NCBI RefSeq assembly: GCF_003790525.1
Contig: NZ_CP033635.1
Length of the DNA stretch: 64,000 nt
Reading direction: 5' to 3' (one strand)
Origin: Escherichia coli
GTDB taxonomy: Bacteria > Pseudomonadota > Gammaproteobacteria > Enterobacterales > Enterobacteriaceae
A program made the translations under genes and the position numbers. A model generated the notes under the pieces. That model made no database searches and was not told the origin of the DNA. It saw nothing but the letters and a program-made list of their open reading frames with translations. Positions 1 to 15,142 of this stretch are shown piece by piece (positions within the stretch are counted from its first letter, which is position 1; each line of letters begins with the position of its first letter).

Positions 1-181
1 CATCCCAGTCAAAAATCACGCCGCAAATTCGAGGGTTATGTTCGATAAATTTCAGCAAATCAACGCTGTTTTGTGGCCAGATAATCTGAAAGCCTTGCGC
101 CACCAGCGCCGACTCCAGTTCTTTGATGGGCTCATCTTTATAAAAGACGCCATGCGGTCCCATAATGGCAATGATGTTCAT
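1..181 (-). CDS. ldcC: Lysine decarboxylase LdcC, 5-prime end only (runs off window start)
   Basis: Reverse-complement of 1..181 translates from ATG at 181..179 as MNIIAIMGPHGVFYKDEPIKELESALVAQGFQIIWPQNSVDLLKFIEHNPRICGVIFDWD, recognised as the LdcC N-terminus; GGAGG Shine-Dalgarno at 186..190; expected position downstream of accA. Confidence 0.8.
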   Translation of the reverse strand, partial: MNIIAIMGPHGVFYKDEPIKELESALVAQGFQIIWPQNSVDLLKFIEHNPRICGVIFDWD

Positions 182-233
182 GTGTTCCTCCTGGAAAATC
201 CTTCCTTAATCATAGCCTGCTCAAACCGTGGCG

Positions 234-260
234 ATAAAAAAGGGCCACCGAAGTGACCCT
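234..260 (-). terminator. Intrinsic terminator downstream of accA
   Basis: On the minus strand, hairpin GGGUCACUUCGGUGGCCC (plus 241..260) followed by a U tract (plus A-run 235..240), just after the accA stop at 280. Confidence 0.5.
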
Positions 261-279
261 TTTTCAGAACTTTTGCGAA

Positions 280-1239
280 TTACGCGTAACCGTAGCTCAT
301 CAGGCGCTGATAACGACGATTTTTTAAATCTTCAGTGCTTAACACGTCGAGATCGGCCAGATCCGCCAGCAGTTGCGCTTTCAACGATGCCGCCATCGCT
401 TCCGGGTTACGATGAGCGCCGCCCAGCGGTTCCGGGATGATGGAGTCGATCAGTTTCAGCTCTTTCAGGCGCGGAGCGATGATACCCATCGCTTCAGCCG
501 CCAACGGCGCTTTGTCGGCGCTCTTCCACAGAATGGACGCGCAACCTTCCGGCGAGATAACGGAATAGGTGCTGTATTGCAGCATATTCACTTTATCGCC
601 CACGCCAATCGCCAGCGCACCACCAGAACCACCTTCACCGATAACGGTACAAATAGTCGGTACGCTAAGGCGAGACATTTCACGCAGGTTGCGTGCAATG
701 GCTTCAGACTGACCGCGCTCTTCTGCGCCCACGCCCGGATAAGCCCCCGGGGTGTCGATAAAGGTGATGATAGGCATTTTAAAACGTTCAGCCATTTGCA
801 TCAGACGCAGTGCTTTGCGGTAACCTTCTGGCGCTGGCATACCAAAGTTACGGCGAATTTTTTCTTTGGTTTCACGACCTTTTTGATGACCAATGATCAT
901 CACCGGACGACCATCGAGACGGGCGATACCACCGACGATAGCTTTATCGTCTGCATACGCGCGGTCGCCAGCCAGTTCGTCAAATTCATCAAATGCCAGG
1001 CGAACGTAATCCAGGGTATAAGGACGCTGTGGATGGCGTGCCAGTTGCGCAATCTGCCATGCACCGAGATCGGCGAAGATTTTACGCGTCAGTTCTACGC
1101 TTTTTTCACGCAGACGATGCACTTCTTCATCGATGTTAATATCCAGTTTCTCATCCTGGCGGCTAACCGCAGTCAGAGAATCGATTTTCGCTTCCAGCTC
1201 TGCAATCGGCTGTTCAAAATCAAGGAAATTCAGACTCAT
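280..1239 (-). CDS. accA: Acetyl-CoA carboxylase carboxyltransferase alpha subunit
   Basis: 319-aa [25 protein letters not shown]..., recognised as AccA; conserved position after dnaE. Confidence 0.95.
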
Positions 1240-1251
1240 AGTATTCCTGTA

Positions 1252-4200
1252 TTAGTCAAACTCCAGTTCCACCTGCTCCGAACCAATGAGGCCACGGAGA
1301 TCGTTTAATAAACGATCGCTCGGAGAGACACGCCACGTCGCGCCAAAACGCAACCGCGCGCGTGCATCCGCCCTCTGATAGTAGAGATGTACTGGAATTG
1401 TCCCAGAGCGGTGGGGTTCCAGAGACTGACGGAGTCGGTTTAAAAGCTGGTCATCAATTTGCCTGTCCGTCAGCGAGATAGCAAGCCCGCGAGCATATTT
1501 TTCCCGGGCTTCGTCAATATCCATCACTTCGCGAGCGGTCATTTTAAGCCCACCGCTGAAGTCATCAAAGCTGACCTGTCCGCTGACGATAAGTATGCGG
1601 TCTTTTTCCAGCAATTGCTGGTATTTATCCAGGGCGTCAGTAAACAACATCACTTCCAGCCGCCCGGAACGGTCATCCAGCGTGCAGATACCGATACGAT
1701 TGCCGCGCTTGGTGACCATAACCCGCGCAGCAACAACGAGCCCCGCAGCCGTGATGACTTTACCACGTTCTGTCGGGTGCATGTCTTTCAGCCTTATGCC
1801 TCCGACATAACGCTCAATCTCTTTTAAATACTGGTTGATAGGGTGTCCCGTCAGGTACAGACCTAACGTTTCACGTTCCCCATCTAATACCACCTGCTCC
1901 GGCCACGGTTGGCAGCTGGCGTAGGATTGTTCAATTTGTTCCGGCTCTTCTGCCAGCACGCCGAACATATCGGCCTGACCGATGGCTTCCGCTTTTGCGT
2001 GTTGATCAGCCGCTTTTAACGCATCGCCCAGCGAGTTCATCAACGCCGCGCGGTGTGGCCCAAGACGGTCAAACGCCCCGGACATGATCAATTTTTCCAG
2101 CACTCGCCGGTTTAACTTTTTGGTGTCGGTTCGGGCGCAGAGATCAAACAGTTCGCGGAAGTAGCCGCCTTTATTACGGGCTTCGATGATGGCCTCAATC
2201 GGACCTTCACCGACCCCTTTGATCGCGCCAATACCATACACGATTTCGCCGTCGTCGTTGACGTGGAAATGGTAAAGACCGGAGTTTATATCTGGTGGCA
2301 GGATTTTCAGCCCCATCCGCCAGCACTCATCCACCAGGCCCACCACCTTCTCGGTGTTGTCCATATCGGCGGTCATTACCGCCGCCATAAACTCCGCCGG
2401 ATAGTGCGCTTTCAGCCATAACGTTTGATATGACACCAAAGCATAGGCCGCAGAGTGCGATTTGTTAAATCCGTAACCCGCGAATTTCTCCACCAGGTCG
2501 AAGATTTTCATCGCCAGTTCGGCGTTAATTCCGTTCTTTTCTGCACCTTCAGCAAATACAGAACGCTGCTTAGCCATCTCTTCCGGCTTTTTCTTACCCA
2601 TCGCACGACGCAGCATATCCGCGCCACCGAGGGTATAACCAGAAAGCACCTGGGCAATCTGCATGACCTGTTCCTGATACAGGATGATGCCGTAGGTTGG
2701 CTCCAGTACCGGTTTCAGGCTTTCATGCTGCCACTGCACGTCCGGATAGGAGATCTCTTCGCGACCATGTTTACGGTCGATAAAGTTATCCACCATCCCT
2801 GACTGCAACGGACCAGGGCGGAACAGTGCCACCAGTGCGATCATATCTTCGAAGCAGTCAGGTTGCAGACGCTTGATCAGGTCCTTCATGCCGCGCGATT
2901 CAAGCTGGAATACCGCCGTGGTTTCCGAGCGTTGCAGCATGTCGAAGCTTTTCTTGTCATCCAGCGGGATCGCGGCGATATCCAGCGGCGGCTCGCCATT
3001 CTTCGCCCGCCGCTTGTTGATCATCTCCAGCGCCCAGTTGATGATGGTGAGCGTACGCAAACCGAGGAAGTCGAACTTCACCAGCCCGGCGTATTCAACG
3101 TCGCTTTTATCAAACTGGGTGACCGGATGTTTGCCCTCTTCATCGCAGTAAAGCGGCGCAAAATCGGTAATTTTGGTCGGTGCGATAACCACCCCACCGG
3201 CGTGCTTACCGGCGTTACGGGTGACCCCTTCCAGTTTGCGCGCCATGTCGATCAGCGCCTTAACTTCTTCATCCGCTTCGTAGATTTCCGGCAGCTGCGG
3301 CTCGGCTTCAAACGCTTTCGCCAGCGTCATCCCCGGATCGGGCGGGATCAGTTTCGAGATACGATCGACAAAGCCGTACGGATGGCCCAGCACGCGGCCT
3401 ACGTCGCGGATCACCGCTTTCGCCGCCATCGTACCGAAGGTGATAATCTGCGATACCGCATCGCGACCGTACATGTCCGCCACATGTTCGATAACCTGGT
3501 CGCGTTTCTCCATACAGAAGTCAACGTCGAAGTCAGGCATGGAGACACGTTCCGGGTTAAGGAAACGTTCGAACAGCAGGTCAAATTCCAGCGGATCGAG
3601 GTCGGTGATTTTCAGCGCGTAGGCCACCAGTGAACCCGCACCGGAGCCACGGCCTGGCCCTACCGGTACGCCGTTATCTTTCGACCACTGGATAAATTCC
3701 ATAACGATGAGGAAGTAACCCGGGAAGCCCATCTGGTTGATAACCTGAAGTTCAGTCTCCAGACGCTCGTCATATTCCGGGCGGCGCTTCAGACGTTCTT
3801 CCTCGTCAGGGAATAAAAAGGCCAGACGCTCTTCCAGGCCTTCTTTTGCACGCTTGACCAGATAATCTTCGGTGCTCATGTCCCCGGTCGGGAATTGCGG
3901 CAAGAAGTATTCACCCAGACGCACAGTTACGTTACAACGTTTGGCTATCTCAACGGTGTTGGCAAGGGCTTCGGGAATGTCGGCAAAAAGCTCGCACATC
4001 TCCTCTTCGCTACGCATATATTGCTGCGGCGAATAGTTACGCGGGCGTTTAGGATCGTCGAGGGTAAAGCCGTCGTGGATCGCGACGCGGATTTCGTGTG
4101 CGTCAAAGTCGCTGCTGTCGATAAAGCGCACGTCGTTGGTCGCCACAACGGGCAAACCGCGTGATTCCGCCAGTTCCACCGCAGCGTGCAGATAGCTTTC

Positions 4201-4734
4201 TTCGTCCGGCCTGCCGGTGCGGATCAGCTCGAGAAAATAGCGATCCGGGAAGTGTTCTTCATAAAACGCGACACACTCATCTACCAGCGCGCTGTTACCA
4301 CGCAAAAGACTGCGTCCAACGTCGCCCATGCGCCCGCCGGAAAGAAGGATCAACCCTTCATTTAATTCGATAAGCCAGTCGCGATCGATGATCGGCCCGG
4401 CGGCACCGTACCCGCGCTGATACGCTTTTGAGATCAGCAACGTCAGATTCTGATAGCCGGTATTGTTCGCCGCCAGCACCGTCAGGTGGGTTAACTCATC
4501 ACCCAGCAGGTCGCACTGGACGTTAAAATCCGCCCCGACGATGGGCTTAATCCCTGCGCCATGTCCCGCTCCGTAGAACTTCACCAGACCGCAAAGGTTG
4601 GTGAAATCGGTGATCGCCAGTGCTGGCATACCCAACGCCGCCGCCTTTTTTACCAGCGGTGCGGTTTTGGCCAGGCCATCGATCATCGAGTAGTCGCTGT
4701 GCACCCGCAGGTGTACGAAACGTGGTTCAGACAT
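1252..4734 (-). CDS. dnaE: DNA polymerase III alpha subunit
   Basis: 1160-aa ORF with PHP-domain N-terminus ([23 protein letters not shown]...), recognised as DnaE. Confidence 0.97.
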   Translation of the reverse strand: MSEPRFVHLRVHSDYSMIDGLAKTAPLVKKAAALGMPALAITDFTNLCGLVKFYGAGHGAGIKPIVGADFNVQCDLLGDELTHLTVLAANNTGYQNLTLLISKAYQRGYGAAGPIIDRDWLIELNEGLILLSGGRMGDVGRSLLRGNSALVDECVAFYEEHFPDRYFLELIRTGRPDEESYLHAAVELAESRGLPVVATNDVRFIDSSDFDAHEIRVAIHDGFTLDDPKRPRNYSPQQYMRSEEEMCELFADIPEALANTVEIAKRCNVTVRLGEYFLPQFPTGDMSTEDYLVKRAKEGLEERLAFLFPDEEERLKRRPEYDERLETELQVINQMGFPGYFLIVMEFIQWSKDNGVPVGPGRGSGAGSLVAYALKITDLDPLEFDLLFERFLNPERVSMPDFDVDFCMEKRDQVIEHVADMYGRDAVSQIITFGTMAAKAVIRDVGRVLGHPYGFVDRISKLIPPDPGMTLAKAFEAEPQLPEIYEADEEVKALIDMARKLEGVTRNAGKHAGGVVIAPTKITDFAPLYCDEEGKHPVTQFDKSDVEYAGLVKFDFLGLRTLTIINWALEMINKRRAKNGEPPLDIAAIPLDDKKSFDMLQRSETTAVFQLESRGMKDLIKRLQPDCFEDMIALVALFRPGPLQSGMVDNFIDRKHGREEISYPDVQWQHESLKPVLEPTYGIILYQEQVMQIAQVLSGYTLGGADMLRRAMGKKKPEEMAKQRSVFAEGAEKNGINAELAMKIFDLVEKFAGYGFNKSHSAAYALVSYQTLWLKAHYPAEFMAAVMTADMDNTEKVVGLVDECWRMGLKILPPDINSGLYHFHVNDDGEIVYGIGAIKGVGEGPIEAIIEARNKGGYFRELFDLCARTDTKKLNRRVLEKLIMSGAFDRLGPHRAALMNSLGDALKAADQHAKAEAIGQADMFGVLAEEPEQIEQSYASCQPWPEQVVLDGERETLGLYLTGHPINQYLKEIERYVGGIRLKDMHPTERGKVITAAGLVVAARVMVTKRGNRIGICTLDDRSGRLEVMLFTDALDKYQQLLEKDRILIVSGQVSFDDFSGGLKMTAREVMDIDEAREKYARGLAISLTDRQIDDQLLNRLRQSLEPHRSGTIPVHLYYQRADARARLRFGATWRVSPSDRLLNDLRGLIGSEQVELEFD

Positions 4735-4770
4735 CTTCAGATTCCGGTTTACTTAATCTCGACACAAGAA

Positions 4771-5367
4771 TCAGGACGCAAGTCCCAGTGCGCGTTTGAC
4801 AGGCCCAAAGCTGCGCCGATGGTGTTCGGTCGCGCCGTGTTCAGCCAGTTTTTCCAGATGAAAAGCGGTTGGATACCCTTTGTGTTGGGCAAAACCATAT
4901 TGCGGGAAAACAATATCCAGCGCCGCCATTTCGGCGTCACGCGTCACTTTCGCCAGGATAGACGCGGCACTGATTTCCGGTACGCGGCTATCGCCTTTCA
5001 CCACAGCCATCGAAGGCATCGGTAATTTCGGGCAGCGGTTACCATCAATCAACACATATTCCGGCGCAATATGCAGTCCAGCGACGGCACGCTGCATCGC
5101 CAGCATGGTCGCATGTAAAATATTCAGTTCGTCGATTTCGTGAGGTTCCGCGCGGCCCAGACTCCAGCTCAACGCTTTCTCTTTGATCTCTTCACAGAGC
5201 GCCAGACGGCGTTTTTCGCTCAGCTTTTTGGAATCATTCAGCCCGGCAATTGGGCGCGCCGGGTCAAGGATTACAGCAGCGGTAACCACCGCGCCAACCA
5301 ACGGCCCGCGTCCAACTTCATCCACACCCGCAACCAGCTGCGTGTGTGGATAAACAAATTCGATCAT
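4771..5367 (-). CDS. rnhB: Ribonuclease HII
   Basis: 198-aa [31 protein letters not shown]..., RNase HII motif; overlaps lpxB stop by 4 nt. Confidence 0.95.
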
Positions 5368-6512
5368 TGTGCTAACTCCAGAACGGCTTGTGCCGCCTGC
5401 TCATCGGCATTGCAGCGGATCTGCTGATGCAGTTCACGGAAGGTATCGTGCATCGCGTGACTGGTTTTCCCGTTCGCCAACAGCGGTAACAGCGCCGCAG
5501 CCAGTTTTTGCGGCTCACACTCTTCCTGCAATAACTCTTTGACTAACTCTCTGCCCGCCAGCAAATTTGGCAGCGAGACATACTCGGTTTTCACCAGCCG
5601 CTTCGCCAGCCAGAAGGTAAAAGGCTTCATGCGATATCCCACCACCATCGGGCATTTCGCCAGCATGCACTCCAGGGCTGCCGTACCCGACGCCAGTAGC
5701 GCCGCATCACTGGCGACCATCGCCTCACGGCCCATTCCATCCAGCAGATGAACAGCAAGGTCCGGTGCGACTTCAGCTTTGATACGCTCAAACTGCTCGC
5801 GGCGTTTGGCATTCACCAGCGGCACCACGATCTCGAGATCGGGATATGTCTGACGCAAAAGCTGGGCCGTTTTCAGGAAATCGGCACTAAGCATTTCGAC
5901 TTCTGCACCACGGCTGCCCGGCAACAATGCCAGACAGTGGGCATCGTAAGGGATACCCAGCACATCACGGGCACCATTTTTATCTGGATCTAATGGCATG
6001 GCATCAGCCATGGTATGACCGATAAAGCGGCACGGTACGTTGTATTTGTCATAAAACGCCTTTTCGAAAGGCAGAAATGCGAGCACCAGATCGGTGGCTC
6101 TGCCTATTTTGAAAACGCGTTTCTGTCGCCACGCCCAGACGGACGGACTAACGTAATGAATGGTTTTGACACCCTGCTTTTTGAGGTTACCTTCAAGAGT
6201 AATATTGAAGTCTGGCGCATCAATACCGACAAAAACATCTGGCTTCAGTTCGCCAAAACGCTTTGTCAGATCGGCACGAATATGCAGTAAGCGACGCAGA
6301 CGCCCGAGCACTTCAACAATGCCCATCACCGCCAGCTCTTCCATTTCGTACCAGGCTTCGCAGCCTTCGGCTTGCATTCGTGGCCCGGCAACACCAACAA
6401 AGCGGGCATTGGGCACACGTTCTTTCAGAGCACGGATTAAACCGGCCCCCAGGATATCGCCGGAGGTTTCTCCGGCGACCAGGGCAATCGTTAATGGACG
6501 CTGTTCAGTCAT
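5364..6512 (-). CDS. lpxB: Lipid-A-disaccharide synthase
   Basis: 382-aa ORF recognised as LpxB; lies in the lpxD-fabZ-lpxA-lpxB cluster. Confidence 0.95.
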
Positions 6513-7300
6513 TAACGAATCAGACCGCGCGTTGAGCGTGCAAAGAAATCGGTAAAGGCTTTCACTTCCGGATATGTTTCCGCCAGTTCAGCAATTTCCG
6601 GTTTCACTTCATCGAGCGTTTTACCGCTACGATAAATCAGCTTATACGCATTGCGGATAGCGGTAATCGCCTCACGGCTGAATCCGCGGCGCTTCAGCCC
6701 TTCGATATTGACACCGAACGGCGTTGCGTGGTTACCCTGCGCAATGACATAAGGAGGGACGTCCTGCGCCACACCGGAGCAGCCGCCAACCATCACATGC
6801 GCACCAATGATGCAGAACTGATGGACTGCGGTCATGCCGCCGATGATCGCGAAGTCGTCAACCGATACGTGACCCGCCAGCGTTGCGTTGTTGGCGAGGA
6901 TGCAGCGGTTACCTACCGTACAATCGTGCGCAATGTGCGCATTGATCATCAGTAAGTTGTCGCTGCCCACCTTCGTCAATCCACCGCCCTGGACTGTGCC
7001 ACGATGAATGGTGACGCTTTCGCGAATGCGGTTACGATCGCCGATTTCCACGCGGGTCGGTTCGCCAGCATATTTCAGATCCTGGTTAACTTCGCCGATG
7101 GAGGCGAACTGATAAATCTCATTATCGCGGCCAATTTTAGTATGACCATTCACGACAACGTGAGATTTCAGTACGGTACCCTCACCAATTTCGACATGGG
7201 GTCCAACGATACAAAAAGGACCAATGTGAGCGTTCGCGCCAATCGACGCGCCCTCTTCCACAATGGCGGTTGGATGCACAAAGGCGGATTTATCAATCAC
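6512..7300 (-). CDS. lpxA: UDP-N-acetylglucosamine acyltransferase
   Basis: 262-aa ORF with left-handed beta-helix hexapeptide repeats, recognised as LpxA. Confidence 0.95.
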
Positions 7301-7303
7301 GTA

Positions 7304-7759
7304 TCAGGCCTCCCGGCTACGAGCACACATCATCGTTGCTTCGCAAACTACTTTACCGTCGACCAGAGCAACCCCTTTAAAACGGGTCAGGCCGCGGCGC
7401 GTTTTTTCGAAAGTGACTTCCATGATCATTTGATCGCCAGGCACGACCGGGCGCTTAAAGCGCGCTTCGTCAATACCGGCGAAGTAGTACAGCTCACCCG
7501 GTTCCAGTTTTCCTACGCTTTTAAACGCCAGAATACCTGTTGCCTGTGCCATTGCTTCCAGAATCAGCACACCCGGGAAAATCGGTTTTCCAGGGAAATG
7601 GCCCTGGAAGAATGGCTCATTGACAGAGACATTTTTTACTGCGCGCAGAAAACGACCTTCTTCAAAATCCAGCACGCGATCCACCAGTAAGAACGGGAAA
7701 CGGTGCGGCAGAAGTTCTAAAATCTCTTCAATCTGCAGAGTATGAGTGTTAGTAGTCAA
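7304..7759 (-). CDS. fabZ: 3-hydroxyacyl-ACP dehydratase FabZ
   Basis: ORF track gives 182 aa; known 151-aa FabZ begins at the internal TTG ([29 protein letters not shown]...), so the start is trimmed to 7759. Confidence 0.88.
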
Positions 7760-7863
7760 GATACTCTTCCTGTCAAAATATAAGAAACGACAATAATAAC
7801 ACGGCCTGCCGCAATCGTAAGAATGAGACAGGCCGTAAAGTTTGGCGAACAAAAGATGGAACG

Positions 7864-8889
7864 TTAGTCTTGTTGATTAACCTTGCGCTCAAGCGATTTC
7901 AGACGCTTGCTCATGTCATCAATGTTCATCACCAGTGCAGCGGTTTTGCGCCAGACTTTGTTGGGTTGCAGCGGAATGCCTGAGGAATAGACGCCTGGTT
8001 CAGTGATGGGACGCATCACCATACCCATGCCCGTAACCGTCACTTTGTCGCATATTTCCATATGCCCGTTGATTACGCTGGCTCCGCCGATCATGCAGTA
8101 ACGACCAATTTTCAGGCTGCCCGCCATAATGACGCCACCGGCAACTGCCGTATTGTCGCCAATCACGACGTTATGTGCAATCTGGCACTGGTTATCAATG
8201 ATCACACCATTGCCAATAACAGTGTCATCCAGCGCACCGCGATCGATGGTAGTACATGCGCCGATCTCCACGCGATCGCCAATAATTACGCGACCTATCT
8301 GCGGGATCTTCACCCAGTTACCACGATCGTTGGCATAACCAAAGCCGTCTGCGCCTACCACTGTTCCGGACTGGATCAGGCAATTCTGACCGATCTGGAT
8401 CTCATGGTAAATGGTTACGTTCGCCCAGAGACGCGAACCTGCACCGATTTTGCTGTTTTTACCTACGAAGCAACCGGCACCGATAATCACGTTATCGCCC
8501 AGTTCAACGCCGGACTCAATCACCGCGTTAGCGCCAATTGAGACGTTGTTACCCAGCTTCGCCGTCGCGTCAATCACTGCACTGGGTGCAATGTTCTGCG
8601 CGGGCTGCGGCGTGGTATCTAAAATTTGCGCCATGCGCGCGTAAGTCAGGTAGGGATTCTTCACTACCAGCGCGGCACTTTTCGCGAAAGGAAGATCGTC
8701 CTGGGTCATGACAACCGCGGACGCCTGGCACAAGCCTAAATGCTCACGGTATTTTGGGTTAACCATGAACGTAATGTGACCTGTTTGTGCAGATTGCATG
8801 GACGCAACGCCGGTGATGACGATATCGCCATCACCGTGTAGTTCTGCATCCAACTGCTGCGCTAAATCAGCCAGTCGAATTGAAGGCAT
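7864..8889 (-). CDS. lpxD: UDP-3-O-(3-hydroxymyristoyl)glucosamine N-acyltransferase
   Basis: 341-aa [34 protein letters not shown]..., recognised as LpxD. Confidence 0.95.
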
Positions 8890-8892
8890 TAC

Positions 8893-9378
8893 TTATTTAA
8901 CCTGTTTCAGTACGTCAGCAGTGATGTCTTTTACATCGCTGCTGTTGTAAGCAACGGCGTTTGCATCAACAACCAGATCGATATCCTGGCTGTTGGCAAC
9001 GGATTTCACAGCAGTCTGGATACGAGTAACCAGTTTGCCACGTTCTTCGTTGGAACGACGAGCGCGATCCTGCTCAAAAGCCTGCGCTTTCTGAGCAAAA
9101 GTCTGGCGCTGAGCCATCACGTCTTTTTCCAGCTTAGTGCGATCGCTGCCGGCTTTCATGGACTGCAGCTTTTTCATTTTAGCTTGCAGATCAGTTTCCA
9201 TACGCTGCAGTTCGCTGGCACGGCCTTTGAACTCATTTTCCAGCGTATTAGAAACACCGGTTTTCTGCGCTACCTGCTGAAACAGGCTGCCCATATTGAC
9301 GATTGCAATTTTGTCAGCCGCCTGAGCAGAAGTTGCCAGTGCTAAACCGAGACCTGCCGCTAATAACCACTTTTTCAC
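8893..9378 (-). CDS. skp: Periplasmic chaperone Skp (OmpH)
   Basis: 161-aa ORF with signal peptide ([20 protein letters not shown]), recognised as Skp. Confidence 0.95.
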   Translation of the reverse strand: MKKWLLAAGLGLALATSAQAADKIAIVNMGSLFQQVAQKTGVSNTLENEFKGRASELQRMETDLQAKMKKLQSMKAGSDRTKLEKDVMAQRQTFAQKAQAFEQDRARRSNEERGKLVTRIQTAVKSVANSQDIDLVVDANAVAYNSSDVKDITADVLKQVK

Positions 9379-9499
9379 AATAAACTCCTTACCATCCCAT
9401 TTGCACCGGAAGGTGCAGTTCTTTGCGTGGCCCGGCGATCTTATCGAGATCGCCTAAAGTCATCGCTACACTACCACTACATTCCTTTGTGGAGAACAC

Positions 9500-11950
<2,451 letters not shown>

Positions 11951-11961
11951 CTAACTAACTC

Positions 11962-13314
11962 TCATAACCGAGAGAAATCATTGAAAAGTGCAAGCCCCAT
12001 TAACAGCACCAGCAGAATCGAGCCAATGCGATAACAAAAGTCTTGAACCCGCTCGGATACCGGTCCGCCCTTGATCTTTTCGATCGCAAGGAACAGCAGA
12101 TGCCCCCCGTCAAGTACGGGCAACGGAAACAGGTTAATTATCCCTAAGTTCACGCTAATAAGCGCAAGAAACGGCAGGTAATAAACAACCCCGAGTTCCG
12201 CTGTCATCCCAGCCCCCTTGGCGATAGAGATCGGCCCACTGAGGTTGTTCAGTTTCACATCACCGGTGATCAATTTTCCCAGCATACTGACCGTCAGCTT
12301 CATCAGCTGCCACGTTTTGTCCGTGGCTTCGACAATGGCGTTGAACGGCCCATACTGGCGTACAACTTTATACTCATCTGGCAAAGGAATGACTTTCGGC
12401 TCAATACCGACAAAACCAATCGCTTTACCATTACCCGGTTTACTCTCCGGGATTAATGTCAAAGACAAAGGACTCCCCTGCCTTTCGATTTCTAACGCTA
12501 AGGATTTACCCGGGTTATCCCGGACAAGCATCACAAAGGTCACCCACTGCGTTAAGGGCTGACCATCGACTTTAACGATCCTGTCGCCTGCTTGCAAACC
12601 TGCCTTGCTTGCCGCCGAGTTTGGCTGCACATTTTCCAGTACAGGTTCAATTTGCGGCCCACGAGGACGAATCCCCAGCGAAGTTACCGGATCTTCTTTA
12701 TCAGGCTCAAACGCCCAGTGACGTAAATCGAGCTTTACATCCCGCCGTTGGTCGCTGCCAAATGGCGCTACCGTAATGGTGGTGCTTTCATCGCCAATTT
12801 TATCGACCAACTGCAAACGCACGGCATCCCAATCAGGCGTTTCGATACCATCTACGGCTTTTAGTTCCGTACCTGGTGCAATTTGTGCTTCCGCAGCTAT
12901 CGAATTGGCTGCTATTTCACCAACCACCGGACGTACGCCAGGCACACCAATAATAAAAACCAGCCAGTAGGCAAAGATAGCAAAAATGAAGTTTGCAACC
13001 GGACCTGCGGCAATAATCGCCGCTCGTTGGCCGACAGATTTATTATTGAAGGCATGGTGGCGGAGTTCCGGAACGACCGGTTCTGCGCGCTCATCCAGCA
13101 TTTTGACATAACCGCCCAACGGGATCAGGGCGATAACATATTCGGTGCCGAGCTTATCAGTTCGCCGCCAGAGCGCCTTACCAAACCCTATTGAGAAACG
13201 CTCAACGCGAACACCACAACGCCGGGCAACCCAGAAATGACCAAATTCATGCACGGTGATAAGTACACCCAGTGCAACGATGAACGAAGCCAAATCCCAG
13301 AGAAAACTCAGCAT
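11962..13314 (-). CDS. rseP: Regulator of sigma-E protease RseP (site-2 protease)
   Basis: ORF track gives 465 aa; known 450-aa RseP begins at internal Met ([28 protein letters not shown]...), HExxH motif present; start trimmed to 13314. Confidence 0.92.
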   Translation of the reverse strand: MLSFLWDLASFIVALGVLITVHEFGHFWVARRCGVRVERFSIGFGKALWRRTDKLGTEYVIALIPLGGYVKMLDERAEPVVPELRHHAFNNKSVGQRAAIIAAGPVANFIFAIFAYWLVFIIGVPGVRPVVGEIAANSIAAEAQIAPGTELKAVDGIETPDWDAVRLQLVDKIGDESTTITVAPFGSDQRRDVKLDLRHWAFEPDKEDPVTSLGIRPRGPQIEPVLENVQPNSAASKAGLQAGDRIVKVDGQPLTQWVTFVMLVRDNPGKSLALEIERQGSPLSLTLIPESKPGNGKAIGFVGIEPKVIPLPDEYKVVRQYGPFNAIVEATDKTWQLMKLTVSMLGKLITGDVKLNNLSGPISIAKGAGMTAELGVVYYLPFLALISVNLGIINLFPLPVLDGGHLLFLAIEKIKGGPVSERVQDFCYRIGSILLVLLMGLALFNDFSRL

Positions 13315-13325
13315 ATTACCTTCCG

Positions 13326-14183
13326 TTAAAGCGTCCTGAATACCAGTAACAACAAGCAAGCAAAGACCGGTACCGCAGCCGTCAGGCTATCAATACGATC
13401 TAAAATACCACCGTGTCCTGGAATTAAATGACCGCTGTCCTTAATTCCTGCTTCACGCTTAAACATACTTTCGGTCAGATCGCCGAGCACTGAGGCTAAC
13501 GCTGCGACAATAGAGCAAATGAGTAAGGTGACGGGAGCGACGTCGAGATTCACCCACATGCCATAACCCCATGAGATTACCGCTGCGGTCGCGAGTCCAC
13601 CGATAAAGCCTTGCCAGGTTTTACCCGGAGAAACCTTCGGTGCCAGTTTATGTTTACCAAACAATTTGCCAAACATATATGCGCCAGAGTCAGCGCCCCA
13701 TACCAGGATCATGACATAGAGCAGCCATATTGCGCCACTGTAATGATTCTCGTCGTAGTGCCAGGCCCGTAACGCCAGCATGCCCCAGAAGAAGGGAACA
13801 ATGGTTAGCACGCCAAAAATAATGCGCAATGTTTTAGAGTTACGCCAGATTGCTGCGGAACCTGGGTAAAACAGCACCAGCAATAGCGCGACAATCCACC
13901 AACCCAGCGAAGCCCAAAGTGAGATTTCAACCAGCGGTTGATGAATATTTCGGTGATATTCCGGCAACAGAAAAAGCATCAGCGCCAACAATAACCCGCA
14001 TAACACCGCCAACCATACTCGCTGCGAACGAGTGGTAAAACCGCTAAGCTGTCCCCATTCCCACGCTGCCAGCATACAGACCACCAGCGTTACAATGGCG
14101 AACCCCACCGGCGGCAACAGAAACAACGCCGCGATGACGACGGGTATTAACACAAAAGCAGATATCAGGCGATACTTCAGCAA
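13326..14183 (-). CDS. cdsA: CDP-diglyceride synthase
   Basis: 285-aa polytopic membrane protein recognised as CdsA. Confidence 0.93.
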   Translation of the reverse strand: MLKYRLISAFVLIPVVIAALFLLPPVGFAIVTLVVCMLAAWEWGQLSGFTTRSQRVWLAVLCGLLLALMLFLLPEYHRNIHQPLVEISLWASLGWWIVALLLVLFYPGSAAIWRNSKTLRIIFGVLTIVPFFWGMLALRAWHYDENHYSGAIWLLYVMILVWGADSGAYMFGKLFGKHKLAPKVSPGKTWQGFIGGLATAAVISWGYGMWVNLDVAPVTLLICSIVAALASVLGDLTESMFKREAGIKDSGHLIPGHGGILDRIDSLTAAVPVFACLLLLVFRTL

Positions 14184-14195
14184 AAGCGACCCCCA

Positions 14196-14957
14196 TCAGG
14201 CTGTTTCATCACCGGGCTCGGTGCCGCCGAAACGACGCTCTCGATTAGCAAAGGCATTTAACGCCCCTTCAAAGTCTTGTTCATCGAAATCGGGCCAGAG
14301 AACATCTGTAAAGTAAAGTTCGGCATAGGCAATTTGCCAAAGCAAAAAGTTACTAATGCGATGCTCCCCCCCAGTCCTAATTACTAAATCTACAGGGGCC
14401 AGTTCATGCATACAGACATGCTGGTTTAGCATCTCTTCATCTATCTGATCTGGTTGCAGGTTTCCTTGCTGCACCTTTTCAGCCAGTTGCCTGACTCCCT
14501 GGACTATATCCCAACGTCCACCGTAGTTCGCCGCAATATTCAGCGTCAGACCGGTATTCCCGGCTGTTAGCGCTTCAGATTTACGAATACGTTCTTGCAA
14601 ACGCGAGTTAAAGCGACTGGTATCGCCAATAATACGCAGACGCACGTTATGTCGGTGCAGACTCTTTACTTCGCTATCAAGCGCCCACACAAACAGTTCC
14701 ATTAACGCACTGACTTCCTGCGCTGGTCGGTTCCAGTTTTCACTACTAAAGGCATACAGAGTTAACGCCTCAATACCGTTGTTGGCCGCAAAAGAGACAG
14801 CCCGGCGGACGGATTTTGCCCCGGCTTTATGCCCAAAGGCACGAATCTTCCCTTGCTTTTTTGCCCAGCGACCATTGCCGTCCATAATGATCGCAACATG
14901 ACGACAGCCATGCGCTGGCAATTTTTCGCTAAGTGGTTGAGTAGCAGACAACATCAC
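14196..14957 (-). CDS. uppS: Undecaprenyl pyrophosphate synthase
   Basis: 253-aa ORF, ...HVAIIMDGNGRWAKKQG..., cis-prenyltransferase signature. Confidence 0.93.
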   Translation of the reverse strand: MMLSATQPLSEKLPAHGCRHVAIIMDGNGRWAKKQGKIRAFGHKAGAKSVRRAVSFAANNGIEALTLYAFSSENWNRPAQEVSALMELFVWALDSEVKSLHRHNVRLRIIGDTSRFNSRLQERIRKSEALTAGNTGLTLNIAANYGGRWDIVQGVRQLAEKVQQGNLQPDQIDEEMLNQHVCMHELAPVDLVIRTGGEHRISNFLLWQIAYAELYFTDVLWPDFDEQDFEGALNAFANRERRFGGTEPGDETA

Positions 14958-15010
14958 GCGTTTCTTATTCCCTGACAGGGTTTACGGTACTCAGGAATAC
15001 TGAAGCCTAT

Positions 15011-15038
15011 ACAAAAAAAAGCCGTGTAAAACCACGGC
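15011..15038 (-). terminator. Intrinsic terminator between dxr and uppS
   Basis: Plus strand reads AAAAAAAA-GCCGTG-TAAAAC-CACGGC; on the minus strand this is a GC stem followed by U8. Confidence 0.6.
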
Positions 15039-15142
15039 ATACCTGACCTTATAAAGCCAACTACTTACGATCAGATGGCGCAGACTATATCACTGAAGCC
15101 CTACGCTAACAAATAGCGCGACTCTCTGTAGCCGGATTATCC

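Noticed and set aside
373-1308. 311-aa plus-strand ORF
   Set aside because: Lies entirely antisense to accA, which has a strong protein match; composition is that of a shadow ORF in a GC-rich coding region.
2863-3633. 256-aa plus-strand ORF, and other plus-strand ORFs within 1459..4373
   Set aside because: All antisense to dnaE; no recognisable protein features.
7004-7690. 228-aa plus-strand ORF
   Set aside because: Antisense to lpxA and fabZ.
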